A stretch of DNA of 61,441 bases, the filler included, from Dugesia japonica (lineage: Eukaryota): NCBI GenBank assembly GCA_001938525.1. It is 5 parts of 5 records of this genome, joined end to end, with 100 filler letters (N's around TTAATTAATTAA, not from the genome) between each part and the next. Parts side by side here need not be neighbours in the genome. Positions count along the whole stretch, not along the records: positions 31,728 to 52,036 come from MQRL01626219.1; positions 52,137 to 61,441 come from MQRL01630429.1; 3 more parts are not named here. The stretch is one strand, 5' to 3'. Numbering within the stretch: the stretch's first letter is position 1; the number at the start of each line of letters is the position of its first letter. The notes beneath the pieces were generated by a model. That model had not been told where the DNA came from. It did no database searches and saw only the letters and a list, made by a program, of their open reading frames with translations. The position numbers and the translations under genes were made by a program. Below, in pieces: positions 51,003-61,441 of this stretch.

Positions 51003-53578
51003 TTAAATTCGAAGCATAAATACATCAAACTCTTCTTTTGTTTTGCTGAATATATTAAAAATTTTATTTGAGATAATTTCTAATTAATGTTTTAATGCTT
51101 ATTTAATTTGTAATTGTAATTTCGACGGAATAACCATCATCATTAGAAAAGTAAAGATTAATAAAACAAGCTATTTATAAAGTCTAAATTATTAGGTAAT
51201 TTCATTTATGTAACCTCAATAAATAATCAATGAAACAATTTTAGAGCGATGCTGAATCCGTCAACATCACTCTCTCCAAATAATTGTTAAATCCACTGCA
51301 CAGGATTTTAAATTCAGAAAATCTGATTAAATTTATAAAATTTCCTCGATGCTCAACAACAATACTATGCTTTTGTACTCAGGTGCAGAGATGACAAAAA
51401 TCTCTCCAATCTATTTGGCGGTACATCCAATTCATTTAAATGAATAGATCAGATCAGAGTACAAACCTAAAATGGATATAATATATAAATTATTATACAG
51501 TTCTGTAAAAAAAACACTGCAGTTAAGAGCGGTTTTAATTTCTTCGGCACAAATTTTATATTTTCGGCGAAGTATCTTAATCATGTAATTGCATACAGCT
51601 CATCAATATTAAATCCTCTACAAATTCTCTTTACTTCTAGTTCTCCATATCGTATGTCATCAGTTTTATATATTGATTTGATAAAGTGGAAATATCGTTA
51701 AGAAGTTGAACATTTTTTGATTTTGAATCAAAAGAAAGTCTTAATTCCATTCTATGAATCACACTTTCAATAAATTGATTGAGATTAATTGGAATAATTT
51801 TGGTATTGTGCACTAGGAGTATATATACATTCTAAAGCATTAGAAAATTTAGAAGACTGACTATATAACGTATATAGTTTGTCCAGAAAAAATTTAAAAT
51901 GGTTTACATCTTTTATAGTATCGGATACAGATAATTTTAGTCCATGATTTTCGGGATACCAAGTGAAAAGATTTGGTATCTTTGTAGAAGTCGGGCCACT
52001 ATGTCAGAATATTTTTCTACCATTATCCTTGCTCCANNNNNNNNNNNNNNNNNNNNNNNNNNNNNNNNNNNNNNNNNNNNTTAATTAATTAANNNNNNNN
52101 NNNNNNNNNNNNNNNNNNNNNNNNNNNNNNNNNNNNTAAGCAAATCTGCTAAAAATCAATTAAAATGTAGTGAAATAAAGATTGAATATAATCTCATTAA
52201 AAATAAATAGTTAACTAAAAATTATCAATTGATTTTTTTCAAAAAATTCATTGAAAATAACTAAATTTTTATATCAATTTAATTTAAATTATTCATCACT
52301 TATCCAAGAGAGCCTTAATCAGAATAGAGTTGAGAGATGATTTCAATTAAGAAACCTAATATTTTGTTTCCAGTTGTTTAATTTTATAAAATACNNNNNN
52401 NNNNNNNNNNNNNNNNNNNNNNNNNNNNNNNNNNNNNNNNNNNNNNNNNNNNNNNNNNNNNNNNNNNTCATTTGTGAAATTAATAGTTTTTTTTGAAAAT
52501 AAATTATTTGTGGACAGTTTTCCTACCACTCGCTTTGTTGGTTTCTATTTTGTTCGATTGCATCTAATTGACTCTTTGATCAACAACATTTTACTCATTT
52601 TTTAATTGTGCTGTTCCCTTAAAATCTCAAATGTCAATATGCATACTTTTGTACTTCTGTCTATCAACTTGGATTATCATGCTCATGATGCCTTATCGAT
52701 ATGCATTATTTTCAAGGAATAACTGGAGGATTATTATTAGCATACAATTTGGCCTTGTTAGACATAATCGATATAAACTAACACAGAAAAATGCTGAATC
52801 AAAATTAAATAAAATTCGTGAAAGTATTATAATGATTTTATTTATAAATAAGAATGAAATAGATAACTAAGATAAGATTATTTTCACAAAATTTCATTGA
52901 TAATGAAATTGACAAATTTGTTGAATAAAAGTTACAAAGGCCGCGAAAAGATTTTAGGAATAGCATTAAACGCTCTATCTAATTTTATGAAAGATGAAAA
53001 TGGTAATACAATACCACCCTAATAAGTAATAAATGTGGCCTAAAGTTTCTTCACCGCAATTATTAATTCAAAAAATTGATTTTTATGCGCGAAATTTTGT
53101 GACTATTTAAATAACTAATAAGTCGATTTGCTAAAATTGCAATATTACTAAAAGATTTTTATGCTAAAAAATGATTAGTGATATTAAACATCAAACCATA
53201 CTTAGAAATCAAATTTAACGCATCAATAAAAAGGAAAACATAGGAAGGAATAAATGAACTATAGCTACAAAAGCAAATTATAATAATTGTAACAATAATA
53301 TTAAATAAAGAACAATAAATAAAAAGAACCAAAACAGATGAACTGTATGAAAATTATAATATAACATTTAACTTCACTTTAAATTTCTAATATTTATATA
53401 AATTTGAGTAAATTAATCTATTTTTTGAAAAAATATATTAGATATTTTAAAATGTGTTGTTAATTTCTTTTTATTAATTTTTTTTAAAATAGTGTTAATA
53501 ATAATGTAAAAAAATTAATTAAATTTCTTAAATAGATTTGTTTGAATATATAGTTTATTATTAAATCAGCAATTTTAA

Positions 53579-53959
53579 ATGGTAAGTTAATATAAAAATT
53601 GATAGTAATATATTTTTATAAAATGTCTTTATAGGCTGCACATAAATCCTTATTAATTAAGAAGAAATTAGCTAAAAAGCAAGGACAAAATCGTCCAATT
53701 CCACAATGGGTCCGTTTGAAGACTGGAAACACAATCAAGTAAATTTTTCATTGTTTATTAAACCAAATAAGCCGGCAATTGGGGTTTTCTTCAAATTGTG
53801 TGCAATTTTTTGGGATATCAATTGTTTTATTGGGTTTATTTTATATCCTGATGAACTGACAATTCAAATTTAAATATTAATTTTCAAATATTTAATACTT
53901 TTTCATTCAGATATAATTCTAAAAGACGACACTGGAGAAGAACTAAGTTGAAGTTCTAA
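53579..53959 (+). CDS. RPL39: 60S ribosomal protein L39 (exons 53579-53581, 53635-53738, 53911-53959)
   Basis: Spliced product [51 protein letters not shown], 51 aa, canonical GT-AG introns. Confidence 0.97.
53763..53864 (+). ncRNA. Candidate intronic H/ACA snoRNA
   Basis: Hairpin - ATATCA (ANANNA, 53815-53820) - hairpin - ACA (53859-53861) in RPL39 intron 2. Confidence 0.55.
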
Positions 53960-54749
53960 GAAGTTTTCATTTTGAAATATATATTTGGAATATAATCTTT
54001 ACTAATTAATTAGTATTTTTAGTTTTTAAGTTGCATCTTAATTATTTTAACAATCACAAAACATCATCGTCATTAATTAACGTTGACTTGTATATATTGT
54101 TGATTTCATTGGTATAAGATTTGTTTCATAACATATTTTGAAACATAAGTAATCCTTTTTTGGTTATAAATAATAATTTATATTGTAAATTGTATTTTAA
54201 TGGATTTTCAATGCCTGTTATATTCAGTAAACATAGTCGACTTAATTTTATGTATAAAATTAACCATTGAACATTAGAATGAAAAAAAAAACAAATTAAA
54301 ATAGAAAATATTATTCTGTTTGATAGATACATGTATATGGAAATATTTCTTTCCGAATGTAACTGGTCAATGTGACAATTTGTTTTGCAATATTATAGTT
54401 GTATTTTAATATTGCACGAGAAATTTGTCAAACTAATGGAGATTATTCCTTCTATCGTAATAACATCTTTCAGTGGTACCATTTCATTGGCTTTGTTTGA
54501 AGGTTCGACAAAAGAATTCATTAATATTGTTTTGTGAAAGCTTATAATAGTAATAACTACATATTTTAACTGAAACAGAATAAATGCATTATTCAAGCTC
54601 ATGTTGACGACTTAATTATTACTCTGCTACGTTTTATGAAACACTTTTTAAACAACTTTCATCAAATATTAATTTTTTTTGAAGAAAAAGGAAAATATCT
54701 TATATCCATAATCAAATAATTTGAATTATTAAAGTCCAATATTTGTTTA

Positions 54750-55260
54750 CTTACGATCCAACAATTAGTGCAAATGGAAAATTTATTGCAACCATCTATT
54801 TTTTAAAATTAAACAACTGTGCAACTACAGTGTCTGGATTTTCAGTAGATGTGAAACAAACTGGAATTTGGTTTGAAGACGTTTAGCGTAAATATTTGAA
54901 GGACGTAATATTGAAAAGATTTCAAACAAATTTTCTGAAACAACCAACATTAATTATTCTTGATCGTTATCCAGTACATGTAAAAGTAATTAGTGAAATA
55001 TCCGACTCATTTGTGGAAAAATTCAAAATTTTCTTTTAAGCTTATTCTATCAAACATGACTGATGTTTTACAAATAATTNNNNNNNNNNNNNNNNNNNNN
55101 NNNNNNNNNNNNNNATTATTAGCAACGCTTTTCATGACAAATCGTTAAAAACAAAATCGGGAAACCTTAAAATACCAAAATATAATGAAGTGTTCTTCTG
55201 GATCGATAATTTCGTAAACTCAAAATTTGAGTCTGATATTGCCAAATGTTTTCGTGTCTG
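54750..55260 (+). mobile_element. pogo-like DDE remnant
   Basis: TISANGK and LILDRYPVH segments. Confidence 0.55.
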
Positions 55261-56471
55261 TATACCTTTGTGATCCTGCTTTTCTGATCACGTATATATC
55301 ACATGTAAAATGGAAGAATCAATTTGAATATCAAATAAAGGAAAATGAGAATTTTTTCATAAAATAAATATGCTTAGAAAGTGTGCACTGAGAGTGAATC
55401 ATTAATGGAAGGCAATTTACAAGACACTAAAAATCCACCAGAAATATTATAATTGAAAAGCGCATTAACTGAAGAACTCTTAAAAATATTGATGGATGAC
55501 GATGAAAAACAATTATTTTTTGGCTGAATAAATGACTGAGAGCAGTATTGAGTTGTGCTTTTTCAATAATTAAGTTAAAAATTAAGTTAATTTCGACTTA
55601 ATTGTTCTCGATAACAACTTCATGGAAGTGGAACAAGTTTTGTTTGATTCTGGAATTCTCATTAATGTTGGGGTGAAACACTTCAAGTTAGAAGGAAATT
55701 GAAGCCAAGGGCTCAAAATATAAACCAAAACGGGTGGGTGAATCAAAAAAGGAAACCCATTAGGAACAAATAGCGTTAGAAGAAGTAAAATAAAATTTCA
55801 TGGCAATCGAACTAACGATTAACCTATATCACAATAGAAGAAAAATGGGTATAATGATCTTCAATGAGCAAATGCAACCTTCATTGAAACAATAATTAGA
55901 AAAAACTATTAAATAATATTAAATACAAGGAAAAGTAAATTTAAACAAGAAGTAATTAATGAAGAATTATTAATTAAATTTTACCTGAAATTGAAACTAA
56001 ATTAGGCGAAAATCTGTTTTTTGTGGATAACTTCTCTCAGGAAAACCAGAGAGAGTTCGAGTAAGAAAATCTAAAAGGAAAATAATGAGAAGCATTGGAA
56101 TTTCGTAAGAAGAAAATTTTGCCACCATCAGAGAAGCCACCATAAGGGTTGAAAGAATGGGCCAATAACAATACAAGAAATAAAAATAAAACAAAGACCT
56201 GATCATCACATGTCCCTCCAAAGACGCATTATTGTTGGGATCCCACCTGAGTTGAGTGAACAAGATTGTGGCTGGGGAAAAGACAGCCCTCAGGGGAACC
56301 CTTTCAAGAATTTACCCTGACGTCCCTATGTCAGGTTTTCAGCATATGGTTGTTGACCTCTCTCTTAATGGGAGGTGCAAGCCATAAACCTTTCTATTCG
56401 GGTTCATTATTTTCCCTTACCTTATACCAAAACTTAAATCAGGGATACTAGAAACATTTATTGCAACACAT

Positions 56472-56860
56472 TTACAATTCATTTAATACACTAGGGTCCA
56501 ACCACTGGTCTGGGTCGGTGGCCAGAAAATTGAATGTCGCGATGTCATCGTCATCGCTCCATTGAATCTCAGTTGAGTTACCCATCTGGCTGAATAAGTC
56601 GGCGATGTACTGCTTTAAGAAGTCTATTTTCCTTAGCAGTAGTTGCCTAGTTTCTACTTCTAGGGCTTTTGTTTGNACGGCCAAGTCGTTTTGTTTTCGG
56701 ACTATCAGATCCAGCTTTTTTAAGAGCTTGTCCCACTGGGTAAGATGCCTAAGAAGAGCCTGGTCTGTTTTGCGTTTCAACTGGTAAAACTTGTAAAAAG
56801 AACTTGTAAAAATTTCAAGGTGGCATCTTTTCAAGCTAGTTGGGAACACGATTCGAGGCA
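56472..56860 (-). CDS. Copy D cassette exon 4
   Basis: ttttag|TG CCT CGA; open frame; AATAAA 56457-56462. Confidence 0.75.
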
Positions 56861-56984
56861 CTAAAAGAAAATCATAATCAAGTAGTGAACACCAAATTTA
56901 TAATTCGGAGAAAATAAGTAACAGGAAAACTTTATGCAAGTGAATCATTTATTAAAAACAAAAGAAATAATGCAATATCATAGT

Positions 56985-57428
56985 TTAGGAGCGGTTCGTC
57001 TGAGTGCCTTTAACGATTAGGAGTGGAACTAATGGGGTAGCGGCCCTCAGTTTCAAAATATTTTCCATTAGCTGGTTCTCACGCTCTTCATATGATTTGA
57101 TAATTTCGGTAAACGTTTCGACCTGTAGTTTCCATACTCGCTCTTGACTCCGAGTGGTTTCAGNNNNNNNNNNNNNNNNNNNNNNNNNNNNNNNNNNNNN
57201 NNNNNNNNNNNNNTTTCCATACTCGCTCTTGACTCCGAGTGGTTTCAGCCTCGGATTTAAAAGAAAAGCATTAACGCTTATAACGTTTAACTTTAGCTTC
57301 TGCTGCTGCAGTTTCTGCTTCCCACCGCCTTTTAGAGAGTCGGTACAGATCCCATGTGAGTTCTATGCCCTCACTGGTTTCGCGTAACTTTTTATTAGGG
57401 GCCTGGGATCTACTCAATGATGAGTGCA
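56985..57428 (-). CDS. Copy D cassette exon 3 (interrupted by assembly gap)
   Basis: tttcag|TG CAC TCA; ends QTNRS*; AATAAA 56948-56953. Confidence 0.75.
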
Positions 57429-57716
57429 CTGAAATACAAACATAGTAAAGGTTGGTATACTCTTACCAGATTTTTAATTTAAAGGAAACACTAGGTAGCC
57501 TGGTCTACCATGGCTAAAATGAACAGTGAGTGGTGTAGGTATTATTAACTCGGTTTAACAACATTACCTTGAGGTATTATTATTTCACTTTTTAATGTAG
57601 TCTATAAAGTCCGATAACATTTTGTTATTATAGCCGAAATTTATTTGACTCGACATAAAGACAAAAATTAACAACAAGTAAAACGCTTATTTATTCATAT
57701 CAGAAGACCAAAAAGA

Positions 57717-58073
57717 TTAATGAGGATCAACATTATCGTCAATGTTAGGGGCGGTATTTTCGACATCAGTTACTCCGTTCGGTTCTNTGACCCCCCAGAG
57801 AAGATTCGAGATAAAAGCCTGCACGGCGGGAGCAGGAGTTGGAGCGGAAGGCTGATACTGGAAAGATGTTGCGAGAGTGCGATTGGGGCCTGTCCAGTTT
57901 TGATATTGTTGTCGTTCCCCAAAATCTCTTATACGAGATACTATAGATTCTATCGGAGGCAGATTGGACCTGTCAGTTAAGTCCCCTGCGTCACGGTTGT
58001 GGGGATTGTGGTGCCTTCGAAAAATTATGCGGCGGCTTCGTCGGTCTATGACCCTTTCCTACATGGCTTCCAT
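57717..58073 (-). pseudogene. Copy D cassette exon 2 (TGG>TAG at codon 5)
   Basis: ttcttag|AA ATG GAA; otherwise full-length frame; AATAAA 57690-57695. Confidence 0.8.
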
Positions 58074-59630
58074 TTCTAAGAATAACAAAAGAAAATAATT
58101 ATTAAACTCATATAACACAGCATCAAGATATAATAAATAATTTATTTAAATAGTCGATACACAACAAGAGAATTTCNNNNNNNNNNNNNNNNNNNNNNNN
58201 NNNNNNNNNNNNNNNNNNNNNNNNNNNNNNNNNNNNNNNNNNNNNNNNNNNNNNNNNNNNNNNNNNNNNNNNNNNNNNNNNNNNNNNNNNNNNNNNNNNN
58301 NNNNNNNNNNNNNNNNNNNNNNNNNNNNNNNNNNNNNNNNNNNNNNNNNNNNNNNNNNNNNNNNNNNNNNNNNNNCATAGCTACAAGGTGAGATTATTAA
58401 TCGCAATGTTTAATTCAGGACGTGGTTTCCAAACATAAAAAGTTATTCCTGACTGCCAATATCAACATGAGGTTTGGAACCCAGCATAAGGGATAATTAA
58501 GTGGCTATTATCAATGGAGATCATAATAACCTAATTGAACAATAATAATAGTATTAAATCACATAGCGCTATGATAATTAAACGACCGCAAAATTAGTTT
58601 AATATTACTAATAAAATGGTTTCTATACATACGTGAAAAGCTAGTGATAACAATAACCATCCTAATCTCGAACATTAATCCCTGGAATAATATTGGGTAT
58701 AGGGTTACTATCCCTGATCATCTAAGGGGTATAGTGATTCGTTATAGATGAAGTGTCAAGATTTCACTAGACTGATTTGCGCTACTAGCGTTGCTAGCAG
58801 TAGTAATAATAGACACTCCCGAGATTACTATTGCTAATAAAAGGAAAAATTATCGCAATTAAATTTTTAAAAAAATCTTGTTATTTTTGATCTTTTAAAT
58901 TTACAGGTGTTATCATCGCCTAGTGACCGTTTCCTTAGTAAATGGGTCATTATTACTTTCGGCGAGTTTGTGTGTATANATACCACGTCGCTGTAGGTGT
59001 GTAAGAGGATTAAAATTACACCCAAATATCAAATGGATAATATGATCGTCTCACGGACTCTACACACAATCTCATGACGCAACTAATCAGGCCAATTCTG
59101 CGATTATTTCTAATTCAACCGATATTCTATCGATGAGAAAATAATGTTTTTATTTCTGTCCCAACAATGAATTTGGAGAAATATNNNNNNNNNNNNNNNN
59201 NNNNNNNNNNNNNNNNNNNNNNNNNNNNNNNNAGATTCTTAAACCCAACCGAAGTAACACTTTTTTTTATAAATAAATGGTTAAACCAGGATTTCTTTCT
59301 TTCTCATAAAAAAATAAACTGTTCATTTTTCTAGTTGATACTATTATATAATTGTGGTTTTACGACTTAGCTTGATTATATTTTACACGATGTTTTATTT
59401 ATTTTAACGAGCAATGGGACGGAGCATGACTTCATTCTTTTCGTTTTAGGTAATTTACTAGTTATTGGGTCTAAAAATTTTTTTTATAATAAAAATTAGC
59501 ATTCAAATAACCTAACAGTTCCATATAAGATATTATGTGATAAAACCACAAGTAAAAAATTTTAATACCCATATATTTATTAAGGTACTCATATTTAAAC
59601 ATTTTTTTTTCAAACAAAATAAAACTTTAC

Positions 59631-60175
59631 TTTTTTGAGAATAAATTTAGGAATTTCTGCAACAGGTCAAATGGTATTGCCAATATTAACTGTAGTATTT
59701 CTTCGAATAAGGGCTCTCTCCTGTGGCTATTTTGCTAGGCTGAATGATACTTTTGTGGCGATTTTCTTTTGTCCTTGAAACAATATTAATCAATACCAAC
59801 TAAATTGTAAATTGTTTTTTAAGGTACTTCGGTGAGAATAAATGTTTCTTGTCGAATTNATGAAAGTTCCGTTAATTAGCGACTAAAATTATTTCTTTTG
59901 TAGTTGTAGCTGATAAAATTATTCCTGTTGAAGCTGATAAAAATATTTTTTCGTTATAGTTGAGGAAAATATTTTGTTAAGTTTTTGTGCGTTTTTGTTG
60001 CTAAAACAGGGGTCCTTTTATAGAATTCCTGAGACACCCCGACTTGTTTGGCATTAGCCAGTTATTTTTAATTTAAAATGACACGTTTTCATTGGCGTTG
60101 ATGCCACTTTTCTGGAATTTTGCAGACTTTTCTGCGATTCCGTTGGTGGTTATTTTTGGATAATCAGGTGAGCTT
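59631..60175 (-). promoter_or_regulatory. Copy D promoter and AUG-free leader exon
   Basis: TATAAAAG 60015-60022, TTAAAAATAA 60062-60071, CACCTG upstream; donor AAAA|GTAAAG at 59631/59630. Confidence 0.7.
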
Positions 60176-60897
60176 TTGTTCTTTGTTTTATGTTTATTTT
60201 CCAGGTTCTCATTGGTTTAATCTTCCAATCCTTGTGACGGTCCTCTTGATGGTCGCAACGTTTTCGGACTAAGAAATTTCGTTGCCCGATATCAATCCCG
60301 ATTCAAATTTTTTATCTACGAGTCCTGGTGACTTTCTGAAGTCAAGTTATTCGAAGAAAACAGATTTGGGTTTCATTTTCATTTATTTTTCTCGCTTAAT
60401 TAATTGATATTTTCTTATAATTAAATATTTTATTGGGTATTTTCTTTTCTTTTTTATATAATAAATTTTAATTTCTTCTAATTGATTAAAGTGGATGGAT
60501 GCTGATTTTGGTTGAACAGCTTTACTTTATTCATTCCTTAATGGGTTTCCGACCCCATTCTATTTATCTTCTTATTTCAACCATTTTTTGTGTATTTTCC
60601 ATTTGTAACGATGATAATTTGCCTTCTTTTTAGTGGTGTGTTTCATCCCAACATTATTATTAATGTTAAGATGATACTATTATCATTAGGATTATTATCA
60701 TTAAGGGTAATATGATTAGGAGTTTTCATTATGATTATTATTGAATATTACTATAAATCCCTTAATATTATTATCGCTCTCGTTGGGATTATCACATACA
60801 TTATTATCCTGGGGGTTAGGAGTCATTATTGCAGGCCATTTTCATTGCAATAGATGTTTTCTAGATAGTTAAATAAAATTAAATATGTTTAAGGTAG

Positions 60898-61092
60898 GTT
60901 CTGGCCGACATATTGGTAAGAACGCTACAGATAATTCAACAGGAGCGTGAAGAATCTCGTAAGCGTCAATTGATTGGTTACTTTATAGCCCCGAACCTCA
61001 TTATGTATCCAGACGAAACCGATCTTCGATGTTTCGCTGAACTCTTTCCCTTGGCAAAAGGTGTGCGAGTGGACCTGGATGCTGAAAATTGA
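60898..61092 (+). pseudogene. Divergent copy F, cassette exon 1 homologue
   Basis: LVRTLQIIQQERE..RKRQLIGYF...YPDETDLRCFAELFP...VDLDAEN*; preceded by the periodic block; not in the ORF track. Confidence 0.8.
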
Positions 61093-61225
61093 TATAAATG
61101 TGAATACTAACACCTGCTACGTTTCAATGTATTCTCTTTGTGCTATCACTGAAATCTTGTTTTAATTACACTGCATTATTAATTTTGTTCAGCATACTCG
61201 ATTATGTTTTAATAATTCATATAAT

Positions 61226-61441
61226 TGTTGGGGTTCCACCTGAGTTGGAAAATGTTGTGACTGGGGAAAAAACAGTCCTCAGGGGAACCCTTTCAAGAAT
61301 TTGAACCCTACCGTCCCTATGGTAGGTTTTCAGTTTATTGCGGTTGACCTTACTCTTGATGGAAGGTGCCCACCAATAAACCTTTTGTTCGGGTTCTATA
61401 TTTTCCCAATAATATTTAAACTATTTTTATTAATTAACGTT
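61226..61441 (-). mobile_element. Element copy E, 3' terminus
   Basis: TGTTGGGGTTCCACCTGAG...CAGGGGAACCCTTTCAAGAA matches the ends of D and B. Confidence 0.85.

Larger units (their letters stand above)
56233..60653 (-). mobile_element. Giant LTR-like element, copy D (both termini present)
   Basis: 9-bp inverted termini TGTTGGGAT / ATCCCAACA; TTAT on both flanks (56229-56232, 60654-60657); 4421 bp including Ns. Confidence 0.9.

Noticed and set aside
55600-56232. Possible gag-like body attached to copy D
   Set aside because: Wrong orientation for D, no PBS at the junction, and no firm motif.
61270-61290. CTGAGGA in copy E resembling a hammerhead core
   Set aside because: No GAAA after the following stem, and B and D read CTGAGGG.

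Overview
AT-rich eukaryotic (invertebrate-like, species not determinable) draft assembly. Five contigs are joined by N-TTAATTAATTAA-N linkers (~12053, ~21609, ~31672, ~52081), so adjacency across these joins is not reliable. Host genes seen: two coding exons of a USP32-like gene, an intact three-exon RPL39 gene with a candidate intronic H/ACA snoRNA, and a two-exon 41-aa Cys-rich microprotein gene that the ORF track misses. The rest is mostly decayed mobile DNA: Polinton/Maverick pieces, Ty3/gypsy remnants (one with 100-bp LTRs), mariner/Tc1/pogo and hAT elements. The main finding is a ~4.4-kb repeat bounded by TGTTGGG...CCCAACA, probably a giant solo LTR, present as six diverged whole or partial copies (A-F). 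The three longest copies carry a conserved TATA promoter and an AUG-free leader ending in AA|GTAAA. Downstream lies a tandem array of four conserved ORF exons, each with its own splice acceptor and its own AATAAA. Two of these exons start with TG, so their AUG would be created by splicing. The element's 3' end holds a covarying RNA structure. All splicing and expression statements are inferred from sequence signals, not transcripts.
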